Shown here: one piece after another, positions 45,430 through 54,351 of the stretch
How the letters are laid out: the number at the start of each line of letters is the position of its first letter
How positions within the stretch are numbered: position 1 is the stretch's first letter
From: Verrucomicrobiales bacterium
GTDB taxonomy: Bacteria > Verrucomicrobiota > Verrucomicrobiia > Limisphaerales > J093
DNA length: 64,000 bases
Assembly (NCBI GenBank): GCA_024233305.1
Contig: JACKPV010000028.1
Coordinates: forward strand, 93,036-157,035
Direction of reading: 5' to 3'
Program-made: the position numbers and the translations under genes
Notes under the pieces: model-generated
The model's input: the letters and a program-made list of their open reading frames with translations, nothing else
The model's database searches: none
Told to the model about the DNA's origin: nothing

Positions 45430-47649
45430 CTAGTGGCTCAGGCGGGAGGCCATCGCGTAGACGATGAGGACCAGCAGGATGACCCCGATTCCGAAAAACA
45501 TGTAGCCGAAGGAACGCGCGATGTTCTTCCAACGCTCCCATTCGTCGCGGACGCGGTGCGCGTCCAACCGGCCGGTGGCCACCAACCGGTCGTACCAACG
45601 GCGGCGTTCGTGGAGCATCTCGCTCTTCGAGACGCGACCCGAGAAGATCACGGTGTCCATCGGGAACTTCTCCAGCCGGAAATGCGTGTTGAAGAAGTGG
45701 ATGGTGAAGATGAAGCCCGCGGCGAGCAGCGCCTCGTCCGAGTGCACGATGAGCGCGATGTTGATCACCCAGCCCGGCAGGAACCGGCTGAAGAACTCGG
45801 GGAACCACATCACCAGACCCGAGAGCCCGATGGCGAACACGCCCCAGAACACGGCGAAGTAGTCGAACTTCTCCCAGTAGGTCCACCGGTCGAACTGCGG
45901 TTTCGGTCCCTTGCCGAAGAACCACTTGTTATGCGCCACGAAGTCCCGCAGGTCCTGCATCGTCGGCACCATCGAATCCGGCCCGAACATCGCGGTCTTG
46001 ATCCGTTGGAAGCTGACCCGGCCCGTGGCGGGATCCCGCATTTCGCGCCGGTTGACCCAGGTGTTTCGCACCAGCGCCGCCAGGTGCAGCCCGAAGTAGA
46101 GGAAGGTGATGAGGGCGCCGAAATGGTGCAACGTGCGCGCCACGACCGGTCCCCCCATGACACTGAAGAGGGTCCTGGCCCATTCGGTGTAATAGAACTT
46201 GAGCGGCATGCCGGTGATCACCAGCAACAGGAAGCTCGTCACCACCAGGAAGTGCAGGAACCGGTCAAACGGCTGGAACCGCGTGAACCACTCGTCATCC
46301 TGCTGGGTGTTGATCTTCGCCTCCCGGAAGGTCTTCGAGTCATGCAGATAAAGGTAGATCGCCCGCGCCAGCCAGAGCAGGGTATGCGCTCCGAAGAAGG
46401 TGAACACCCCGATCAACAACCCGGTCATCAGCACGAAGGTCAGGTGCAGTTCGGGGTAATGCTCGCGGTCCAGCGGATTCGCGTGCGGCTGGTATTGCGT
46501 AAAGCCGACGGTCGCGTCCGGATGGCACCGGGCGCAGGTGGCCAGGATGTTCTCCGAGGAAAGCCGGGATGCCGGATCGGACGGCGGCAGCACGTCATGG
46601 TGGCCGTGACAATCGTAGCAGGCCGCCACTTCCGAAGCCACGTTCGGCTGCCCCAGGGCCATCGCCTTGCCGTGATAGGTGTCGCGATAGTGGGTCAAGC
46701 GATCCTCGTGACACTGGCCGCAACGCCGGTCGCTCGCCGCCTTGAAATGCCCGTTGACCGGCGGCTCGATCTCGTGCGCGCTGTGGCAATCCGTGCAGAC
46801 CGGCCCGCGTTTGTCCCCCTCGAGCGTCAGCTTGCCATGCACGCTGCGGTCGTAGACCTCCTCGACCTTCACGTGGCATTTCCCGCACGTCTTGGCCACG
46901 TTGAGGTGGTTGATCGGCGAATCCCGGTCGACGCTGCGCTTGATGTCGTGCACCCCGTGGCAGTCATTGCACGAAGGCGCGACGATCAGCCCCAGCTTGA
47001 GCAGGGCCTGGCCGTGAATGCTGTCGAGGTAGTGCGCGGCCGCCGTGCTGTTCTGGATCTGGTATTCCTCCGTCAGATTCGTGTTGCTGTGACACTTCGC
47101 GCAGGTCAACGGCAGGTTCAGTTTGAACACCGGGGATTGCGAGTCGCTGACCGGCAGAATGTCGTGGTGGCCGTGACAATCCGCGCAACGGGCCGCCGCG
47201 CTCGCCCCCATCTGCTGACTCACACCGTGAATGCTTCCCGCGTATTCCTCCGCCGCGCTCTCATGGCACTGGCCGCAGTCCACCGACCGCGCCCGGACCT
47301 CGTCGTCCGGGTGATCCCGGGTCAGGTCCGCGTGACAATCCACACAGTCCAGCAGACCGCCGTGGACCGAGGCGTCGGCCGTCCCCGCATCGACGAAGAT
47401 CGACACCTCCTGCCCGTCCGGCCCGGTCATCGTCAGGTCGGCGTCCCCGTGGCAATCCAGACATTCGCTGCTGGCGATGACGTCCGCCGCCTCCTCGACC
47501 GCGGCATCGTCCCCCGCCGCGTCCTGGGAGTGGAGCGGGAGAAATCCGGCCGAGCCCAGCAGGCTCAGCCAGAGCAGGGTGATCGCAATACGGCGCAGCC
47601 CGCTAGAGGCCGCCGTTGTGGCAGTCACTGCACAACCAACCAGTGTCAT
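45430..47649 (-). CDS. CbcL-like fusion protein: 11-haem c-type cytochrome domain + C-terminal cytochrome-b-type membrane domain
   Basis: Signal-like LRRIAITLLWLSLLGSAGFLPLHS. The eleven CXXCH motifs are CLDCH, CVDCH, CGQCH, CADCH, CAKCH, CNDCH, CGKCH, CTDCH, CGQCH, CYDCH and CARCH. About 6 TM helices follow with His-bearing segments (FLHFLVV, TLHHFGAL...GLHLAAL, ALIVHSDEA...FTIHFFNTHF). The start is uncertain (47706, 47649 or 47628) and overlaps the upstream gene. Confidence 0.85.
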   Translation of the reverse strand: MTLVGCAVTATTAASSGLRRIAITLLWLSLLGSAGFLPLHSQDAAGDDAAVEEAADVIASSECLDCHGDADLTMTGPDGQEVSIFVDAGTADASVHGGLLDCVDCHADLTRDHPDDEVRARSVDCGQCHESAAEEYAGSIHGVSQQMGASAAARCADCHGHHDILPVSDSQSPVFKLNLPLTCAKCHSNTNLTEEYQIQNSTAAAHYLDSIHGQALLKLGLIVAPSCNDCHGVHDIKRSVDRDSPINHLNVAKTCGKCHVKVEEVYDRSVHGKLTLEGDKRGPVCTDCHSAHEIEPPVNGHFKAASDRRCGQCHEDRLTHYRDTYHGKAMALGQPNVASEVAACYDCHGHHDVLPPSDPASRLSSENILATCARCHPDATVGFTQYQPHANPLDREHYPELHLTFVLMTGLLIGVFTFFGAHTLLWLARAIYLYLHDSKTFREAKINTQQDDEWFTRFQPFDRFLHFLVVTSFLLLVITGMPLKFYYTEWARTLFSVMGGPVVARTLHHFGALITFLYFGLHLAALVRNTWVNRREMRDPATGRVSFQRIKTAMFGPDSMVPTMQDLRDFVAHNKWFFGKGPKPQFDRWTYWEKFDYFAVFWGVFAIGLSGLVMWFPEFFSRFLPGWVINIALIVHSDEALLAAGFIFTIHFFNTHFRLEKFPMDTVIFSGRVSKSEMLHERRRWYDRLVATGRLDAHRVRDEWERWKNIARSFGYMFFGIGVILLVLIVYAMASRLSH

Positions 47650-49084
47650 ATTCTTCGCCCGGATGCCGGAAGGGCTGTCCCTTCGCATCCAGTTGATCCA
47701 GTTCATCCCCGGAGCCCTGGGCCAGGATGATGTGGCAGGCGTCGCAACGACTCAGTTCGAGCACCTTCTCACCATCCTCGGTCTTGTGATTGTCGTCGTG
47801 GCAACGGAAGCAACCGGGCCATTCCTTGTGGCCGATGTTGTTCGGATAGCTCAGCCAGCTGGCCTTCATCGCGGGGAAGAAGTTCCGGCCATAGATCGCC
47901 CGGACCTCCTCGACCGCCTTCGCCACGACGTTCGGATCCTGGTCGCGGTACTTGGATTGAATGAAATCGCCGATCTCCGACATCGCCTCGTCCTTCGTCG
48001 AGTACTCCTGGACCAGGGCGTAGACGGCGTTCGTCTTGATGTACGGCAACGCGCGGTCCAGCCGGCCCAGGCTGATCGCCAGGTTCACCGCCTTGTTCGG
48101 CGAGTGGAAGTTGTGCGCCGGACGGTTGTGGCAGTCCATGCAGTCCATCCGCCGGACCTTCGACTCGTCCACCTCGTCCTCGTAACCGTCCGCCCGGTAG
48201 ACCGTGACCTGGCCTTCCCGGTCGGTGACCCGCACCCAGGGAATGGTCTGTCGGGATTCGTCCTCCGCGAAGTACTCGACCTTGTTGGCCACATTCATGT
48301 GCCAGTGGATACCGCTGGTCGGGCCGCGCGTCGGGTCGGCGCCCCCCACCTTGAGTTCGAGCTTCACCGAATACTCGGAACCCTCCTCGTCACCCTGGAA
48401 CGAGCGCACCGTGCGCACGACATCACCGACGAAGGACTCCGGCCAGTGGCACTGCTCGCAGGTGTCCTGGGCGGGACGCAAGTTCTTGATGGGGGTCGGC
48501 ACCGGGCGGGGATACTTGTTGAACAGGGTCGCATAGACCTGGTAGCTGCCCGACAGCTTGGCCCGGACGAACCACTCGGCGCCGGAACCGATATGGCATT
48601 CGACGCACGACACCCGGGCATGCGCGCCGTCCTGATAGGCCACGCGCTCCGGCTCCATGACCGTGTGGCACACCTCGCCGCAGAAGGTCGTGGATTCGGT
48701 CAAATGAAAGGTCTGGTAGCTGCCCAGCGCGGTCAGGAACAGGAACCCGATGCTGCAACTCGAGAAGATCAACAGTGTCCGGCGATGCTTCGGGCTGGCC
48801 AGATCGATGACCAGCGCCCGGGGCTCGCGGCTGCGGTGCAGGCGGCGACGTTCCACCAGGATGCCGGCCACGAACAGGGCGATCCCCAGAATCATGAAGC
48901 CGGGCGCCACCAGAAAAGCCAGGATCCCCACGTACGGATTCGACGATCCGGCGAACAACTCGAGCAACCAGAGCAGGACAAAGGCGAAGAAGGCGGCAAT
49001 CACCACCATCAAGCCCGAAAGGCTCACCCAGTTCTGCCACAGCCTCGCCTTCCCGCCGCCGTGTCTTTCAGTTTCCTGACTCAT
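47603..49084 (-). CDS. ImcH-like / NapC-NirT-related membrane multihaem cytochrome (3 TM + 7 haem motifs)
   Basis: ATG at 49084 (MSQETERH...). Three N-terminal TM helices. The six CXXCH motifs are CVECH, CEQCH, CMDCH, CFRCH, CDACH and CSDCH. One CX3CH motif (CGEVCH, 48665..48682) is also present. Confidence 0.8.
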   Translation of the reverse strand: MSQETERHGGGKARLWQNWVSLSGLMVVIAAFFAFVLLWLLELFAGSSNPYVGILAFLVAPGFMILGIALFVAGILVERRRLHRSREPRALVIDLASPKHRRTLLIFSSCSIGFLFLTALGSYQTFHLTESTTFCGEVCHTVMEPERVAYQDGAHARVSCVECHIGSGAEWFVRAKLSGSYQVYATLFNKYPRPVPTPIKNLRPAQDTCEQCHWPESFVGDVVRTVRSFQGDEEGSEYSVKLELKVGGADPTRGPTSGIHWHMNVANKVEYFAEDESRQTIPWVRVTDREGQVTVYRADGYEDEVDESKVRRMDCMDCHNRPAHNFHSPNKAVNLAISLGRLDRALPYIKTNAVYALVQEYSTKDEAMSEIGDFIQSKYRDQDPNVVAKAVEEVRAIYGRNFFPAMKASWLSYPNNIGHKEWPGCFRCHDDNHKTEDGEKVLELSRCDACHIILAQGSGDELDQLDAKGQPFRHPGEEYDTGWLCSDCHNGGL

Positions 49085-49325
49085 ACGCAACTGCCCGATT
49101 CATCCGCCGTTCTTTTTTCCATAAGCCTGCCGAAGCCTCTCCACTGCGGGAAACCCGGCACGCCCAAGAGGCTACAAAAACGTCGGAAACCTGCTTCGCA
49201 CCAATTGGCGAGGACCAACCGTTTCTTGCCATTCCACCTGACAACCCCCGCCACAAATGCCGCCTGACACCCTCCGCCACCCCGTGTTAGCCTCCCCCAC
49301 CCTGAAACGTCGCCTCATTCACGTC

Positions 49326-51800
49326 ATGAACATCACGAACCCAGCCCCCACCCCGCGCCGCCCCGGCCCCCACGCCCCGGGCCCGCTGCTGGCGCGCCTG
49401 GCCCTCCTCGGTCTCCTGTCCCCCGCCGCCGGATACGCCGTGGAACTCGCCAACGCCGTGGTCGTACGCCCGCCCCACCCCCACCGCGCCGTGGACCGGG
49501 CCGTGACCATGCTCGTCGATGAGGTCGGAAAACGCGCCCGCCTCCGCTGGACCGTGACCACCGAATGGCCCCGCGACGGCCGCCCGGCCATCGCCGTGGG
49601 CGAGGTATCCGACCGCCGCGCTCTGACCGGACCATGGGCCGCGCTGGAAGCCGATGGGGGCCGGCCACCCTCAGCGGAAGGATTCCACATCCGCGTCACA
49701 AACGGGTCCGAAACCCCGGGCGTGCTCCTCGCCGGCCACGACCCGCGCGGGGTGCTCTTCGGCGTGGGACACCTGCTGCGGCATCTCGAAATCCGCCCCG
49801 GAAGCGTCACCCTTCCCGACGATTTCACCGTCACGACCGCGCCCCGCCAGCGACTCCGCGGCCATCAACTCGGGTTCCGACCGAAGACCCATTCCTACGA
49901 CGCCTGGGACGTGGCCCAATGGGAGCAGTATTACCGCGATCTCATCGTGTTCGGCGCCAACGCCATCGAGTTGATGCCGCCCCGCACCGACGACGCCGCC
50001 GACAGCCCGCACTTTCCGCTGCCGCCAATGGAGATGATGGGCCGCATGTCACAGCTGGCGGATGATTACGACCTGGACGTTTGGATCTGGTACCCGGCGA
50101 TGGACCGGGATTACGCCGACCCCGCGACGGTGGAACGGGCGCTGCACGAATGGCGCGAAGTCTTCGAGCAACTCCCGCGAGTGGACGCAGTGTTTGTGCC
50201 GGGCGGCGATCCCGGGCACACGCCGCCCCGAACGTTGATGAGCCTCCTCGCCCGGCAAAGTGCGTCGTTGCGCGAGGCGCATCCCGGGGCGGAATTGTGG
50301 GTGTCGCCGCAGGGCTTCGACCGGCAGTGGCTGGACGAGTTCCTCGACCTTCTGCGCCACGATGGCCCGGACTGGCTCGCCGGCGTGGTTTTCGGCCCGC
50401 AAGTGCGGATGAGCCTCCCCGAGTTGCGCGCGGCGATTCCCTCCCGCTACCCGATCCGGCATTACCCTGACATTACGCACACCCGCCAATGCCAGTATCC
50501 GGTGCCCGATTGGGACGTCGCCTTCGCGATCACCGAGGGACGCGAATGCATCAACCCGCGGCCCGTGGACCAGGCGGCCATCTTCCGGTTGCTGCAACCG
50601 CACACCGTGGGTTTCCTGACCTACTCGGAGGGCTGCAACGACGACGTGAACAAGGCCGTCTGGAGCGCGCTCGGGTGGGATCCGGAGCAGCCGGTGATCG
50701 ACATCCTGCGCGAATACAGCCGGCACTTCATCGGCCCCGACTTCGAGGAGGGGTTCGCGCAGGGGTTGCTCGCGTTGGAAAGGAACTGGCGCGGCCCCGT
50801 GGCGGCGAATCCCGGCATCGAAACCACGCTCCGACAGTTCCAGCAGATGGAACGTCAGGCCGGCCCGGCGGTGAGGGCGAACTGGCGTTTCCAGCAGGCC
50901 CTCTTCCGCGCCCACTACGACGCCTTCATCCAACGTCGCCTCGCCCGCGAAACGGCCCTCGAACAGGAAGCCACCGACGCCCTGCAACAGGCGGACAGGA
51001 ACGGAGCGCTCTTCGCCCTGCGCCAGGCTGAAGCCACGCTGGATCGGGCCCTCACGGAACCCGTCGCCCCGGACTTGCGCGCGCGCATCCGCGAGCTGGC
51101 CGAATCGCTCTTCCAAAGCATCCGCATGCAACTCAGCGTGCCCCGGCACGCCGCCATTGCGGTGGATCGCGGCGCCAGCCTGGACACCCTCGATTACCCC
51201 CTCAACAACCGCCGCTGGTTGCTCGAGCAGTTCCCCCGTATCCGCGCCCTGCCAACCGAGGCCGCGCGACTCGAAGCCATCCGGACCCTCGTGGACTGGA
51301 CCAATCCCGGTCCCGGCGGTTTCTACGACGATCCGGGCAATCCCGCCCGCCAGCCGCATCTGGTCCGGCAGCTGCCGTTCCCGGAAGACCCGGCCAGTTA
51401 CCGCTCGGCCAAGACCGGGTTCGAGGAAGGCGACGTGGTGGACGATCCCGCGGACCAGCCCGAAGGCGCCTTGCGTCTGTCCTGGATGGACCACGCCGAA
51501 ACGCTGTGGGATCAGCCCCTCCGGTTCCACTACACCGACCTTGATTCGGCAGCGCGCTACCGCGTCCGTGTCGTCTATGGTGGCGACAGCCCCCGCCGCC
51601 GCGTCCGCCTCGCGGCGGGGGACAACTTCGAGATCCACCCGTTGCAGGCCCGGGAGAACCCCTATCACCCGCAGGAATACGCGATTCCAGCCGCCGCCAT
51701 CCGGGACGGCGAACTCACCCTCACCTGGACGCTCGAACCGGGCCTTGGCCGCAACGGACGCGGCTGCCAGGTGGCCGAAGTCTGGCTGATCAAGGAATAG
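49326..51800 (+). CDS. Secreted glycoside-hydrolase-like protein (GH20b/GH67N-like N-domain + TIM-barrel-like core)
   Basis: ATG at 49326 with signal LLARLALLGLLSPAAGYA. EGFHIRV...GVLLAGHDPRGVLFGVGHLLRHL resembles the N-domain of GH20/67/115-type enzymes, followed by RGHQLGFRPKTHSYDAW. The family assignment is tentative. Confidence 0.5.
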   Translation: MNITNPAPTPRRPGPHAPGPLLARLALLGLLSPAAGYAVELANAVVVRPPHPHRAVDRAVTMLVDEVGKRARLRWTVTTEWPRDGRPAIAVGEVSDRRALTGPWAALEADGGRPPSAEGFHIRVTNGSETPGVLLAGHDPRGVLFGVGHLLRHLEIRPGSVTLPDDFTVTTAPRQRLRGHQLGFRPKTHSYDAWDVAQWEQYYRDLIVFGANAIELMPPRTDDAADSPHFPLPPMEMMGRMSQLADDYDLDVWIWYPAMDRDYADPATVERALHEWREVFEQLPRVDAVFVPGGDPGHTPPRTLMSLLARQSASLREAHPGAELWVSPQGFDRQWLDEFLDLLRHDGPDWLAGVVFGPQVRMSLPELRAAIPSRYPIRHYPDITHTRQCQYPVPDWDVAFAITEGRECINPRPVDQAAIFRLLQPHTVGFLTYSEGCNDDVNKAVWSALGWDPEQPVIDILREYSRHFIGPDFEEGFAQGLLALERNWRGPVAANPGIETTLRQFQQMERQAGPAVRANWRFQQALFRAHYDAFIQRRLARETALEQEATDALQQADRNGALFALRQAEATLDRALTEPVAPDLRARIRELAESLFQSIRMQLSVPRHAAIAVDRGASLDTLDYPLNNRRWLLEQFPRIRALPTEAARLEAIRTLVDWTNPGPGGFYDDPGNPARQPHLVRQLPFPEDPASYRSAKTGFEEGDVVDDPADQPEGALRLSWMDHAETLWDQPLRFHYTDLDSAARYRVRVVYGGDSPRRRVRLAAGDNFEIHPLQARENPYHPQEYAIPAAAIRDGELTLTWTLEPGLGRNGRGCQVAEVWLIKE

Positions 51801-51825
51801 CAACCGCCGCAAGCTCCACCCCGCC

Positions 51826-52644
51826 ATGTCCTCCCTCCCTCCCCTGCCCGCCGGCTGGCAAAACCCGATCAAAACCCGCCTGCACGCCGATGAAGCCGTC
51901 ATCGGCATCACGATCACCGTCAATCACGTCGAAACCGCCGCCCAGGCCGCGGCGTTGGGCTTCGATTTTCTGTGGATCGAGATGGAACATTCACCGGTCA
52001 GCCTCGACACCTTGCGGGCCATTGTCCTCGCCACCCGCGGCCTGCCGGCCGTGCCCTTGGCCCGCGTCCCGGTCAACGCGCTCTGGACAGCAAAACGCGT
52101 TCTCGACGCCGGCGTGCTCGGGGTGATCTTCCCCTTCACCAGCACCGTCGGGCTGGCCGCCCAGGCCGCCGATGCCTGCCGCTATCCGCCGCTCGGACAG
52201 CGGGGATCGGGCGCCGGACTCGCGGGCTTTCGCTGGCCGGCGCCGGAGGGATACCATGACTTCGCCGACCGCAATGTCGTCGTCGTGGCCATGATCGAAG
52301 AGGCTTCCGCGGTGGACCAGATCGACCGCATCGCCGCCACGCCCGGCGTGGATGTCCTGTTCGTCGGCCCGAGCGACCTTTCCTTTTCGCTCGGCCTGCG
52401 CGGCGACATGTCGCATCCGCAGGTCGAAGCGGCAATGGACCGGGTGCTGGCGGCAGCGCGGGAAAACGGGAAGGCTGCGGGACGATTCGTGGCGGATCCC
52501 GACGGCATCCAGCGGGCCCTCGACCGCGGCTTCCGCTTTATCCAGACCGGAACCGAGCTGAACCTGATGAGCGCCGGCGCCCGGCAGTTGCTCGCGCCGC
52601 TTGGTCGCTGGCAAACCGGTGTGAAGGAACCGGGCACCTATTGA
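51826..52644 (+). CDS. HpcH/HpaI-family 2-keto-3-deoxy-acid aldolase
   Basis: GFDFLWIEMEHSPVS, ARVP, GVIFPF and RYPPLGQRG match the HpcH/HpaI aldolase pattern. Confidence 0.8.
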   Translation: MSSLPPLPAGWQNPIKTRLHADEAVIGITITVNHVETAAQAAALGFDFLWIEMEHSPVSLDTLRAIVLATRGLPAVPLARVPVNALWTAKRVLDAGVLGVIFPFTSTVGLAAQAADACRYPPLGQRGSGAGLAGFRWPAPEGYHDFADRNVVVVAMIEEASAVDQIDRIAATPGVDVLFVGPSDLSFSLGLRGDMSHPQVEAAMDRVLAAARENGKAAGRFVADPDGIQRALDRGFRFIQTGTELNLMSAGARQLLAPLGRWQTGVKEPGTY

Positions 52645-52882
52645 CCGGAGCGGACACGGCCCGAGGGTCCGGCCCTGAACGCCGGCGTTGGTGACGCGGC
52701 CAAGTGCGGGATTCCCAAACCGCCCGAACTCTGCCAGCGTACGCGCCAGTCAATGGCAGAACCCAAGGCCCCATGCATCGAAGCCTGCCGGGCACGTTCG
52801 GCGAACGATCCCGGCGCGTCGGCCCGGGAGTCGCGGGTCCGGGTCTGTCGCGCGTCATCCGTGAACCACCCCCCTCGAACCC

Positions 52883-53326
52883 ATGCTCAAAGGAATCGCT
52901 CCCGTCATCAGCCCGGAACTGCTCAAGGTGCTGGCCGAAATGGGCCACGGCGATGAACTCATCCTCGCCGACGCCCACTTCCCGGGCCACACCATGAACC
53001 CCCGCGTATTGCGCGCCGACGGGATCGGAATCGCGACGTTGCTCGACGGCATGCTGCCCCTGTTCGAGTTGGACAGTTACGCCGATCCGCTCGTGATGAT
53101 GGCCGCCGTCGAAGGGGATCAGCTGGACCCCGCCGTCGAGACAAACTACATGGGCGCGGTCCACCGACACGCCCCGGGGGCCAAACCTCCCGTGCGCATC
53201 GACCGGTTCGCTTTCTACGACCGCGCCCGCCAGGCCTTCGCCGTGGTCATGACCGGCGAAACCGCGAAGTATGGGAACATCCTCCTGAAGAAGGGCGTCA
53301 CCCCCGGGGCGCCCCCGCACGCCTGA
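52883..53326 (+). CDS. fucU: RbsD/FucU-family sugar mutarotase (L-fucose mutarotase-like)
   Basis: The N-terminus is [36 protein letters not shown]. Size is 147 aa. Confidence 0.85.
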   Translation: MLKGIAPVISPELLKVLAEMGHGDELILADAHFPGHTMNPRVLRADGIGIATLLDGMLPLFELDSYADPLVMMAAVEGDQLDPAVETNYMGAVHRHAPGAKPPVRIDRFAFYDRARQAFAVVMTGETAKYGNILLKKGVTPGAPPHA

Positions 53327-53528
53327 ACCGGCTCGATCCGATACGCCCCAGTTTCCAACGCCCCTGCGCAGGGAGCAGAGGGCAGAGCACCAGACGTCGG
53401 CGGAAATCAGGAGGATGCTCTCCGGTAGATCAGGCGCAGGTCGGCGCGCCGGAATAGGCGCCAAGTTCGCGGTCGCCCCGGAGGGCGCACGGTCACGTTC
53501 TTCCCGAAGCGGCGCGCACGGAGTGACA

Positions 53529-53575
53529 CGCCCTACCACCTGGCCCGGGTAGGGCGCGCAGTCCCCTGCGCGCCG
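53529..53575. terminator. Two overlapping perfect GC-rich hairpins in a convergent intergenic region
   Basis: The first is CGCCCTAC-N12-GTAGGGCG (53529..53556). The second is GGCGCGCAG-tcccc-CTGCGCGCC (53553..53575). They lie between the 3' ends of fucU and the hydrogenase small-subunit gene. There is no U-tract, so they could equally be REP-like. Confidence 0.3.
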
Positions 53576-53781
53576 CCCGAGATCCAGCCCCCGATTCACC
53601 TCCCGAACCCGTATCGAGGGCGGTTCCGCTCACTCACTCGACCCTCCACCTCAAAACACTCCATTTCCGGGCTTCCGCCCACCAGCCAGTCGGCCGGAGT
53701 CTGGTGCTCGGGAGGGGAGGCGTTCCCATGCAGCAACGGTCCGGGCTGGGGGTCCGCGGCTTCCTGCTTCGAGTCCCATGG

Positions 53782-54351
53782 TCAGACGGTCTCCGTCCTG
53801 GCGTAAACCACCATCTCGCCGTCGCGGCGCAGGTCCTCCGGATGGTAGCGCGGGATGGGCATTTCGAGGTGCTTGAACTGCACCGGCGCGGTCTTCTTGT
53901 CGACGATGCCCAAGGCCACCGCCACGCCGTAGATGATTGCTTCCGGGCGGGGCGGGCAGCCGGGAATGTAGAAGTTCACCGGGACGAGCTTCTCGACCGG
54001 ACCCAGGACGGAATACATGTCGTACCAGATGCCGCCCCCGCACGCGCACGAGCCGATGGCGAAAACCAGCTTCGGCGCGGGCATGGCTTCGTAGGCGCGT
54101 TGGAGGGCCTTCGCCGTCGAACGCATGGCCGGTCCCTGACAGAGCATGACGTCGGCGTGCCGGGGTGAGCCCACCAGACGAATGCCGAACCGTTCGGCGT
54201 CGTAATACGGGGTCAGCGCATTGAGCACCTCGATGTCGCATCCGTTGCACCCGCCGCTGTTGGCGTGGTAGACCCACAGCGAGCGCCCGAACATTTTCTG
54301 GCAGAGGTTCTTCAACATGGTGGGATGATCCCGCGAGAAGCCCGGCTTCAA
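53782..54351 (-). CDS. Group 4 [NiFe]-hydrogenase small subunit (NuoB/HycG-like)
   Basis: SLWVYHANSGGCNGCDIE, GSCACGGG and IPGCPPRPE are the NuoB/HycG cluster ligands. The start is TTG at 54351 (overlapping the upstream stop) or ATG at 54318. Confidence 0.85.
   Translation of the reverse strand: MKPGFSRDHPTMLKNLCQKMFGRSLWVYHANSGGCNGCDIEVLNALTPYYDAERFGIRLVGSPRHADVMLCQGPAMRSTAKALQRAYEAMPAPKLVFAIGSCACGGGIWYDMYSVLGPVEKLVPVNFYIPGCPPRPEAIIYGVAVALGIVDKKTAPVQFKHLEMPIPRYHPEDLRRDGEMVVYARTETV

Noticed and set aside
43428-49267. Three long plus-strand ORFs (679, 885 and 596 aa) across the cytochrome locus
   Set aside because: They are antisense to genes with 27 regularly spaced haem-binding motifs and clear TM domains. 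Their translations are His/Arg/Gly/Pro-rich with no motifs.
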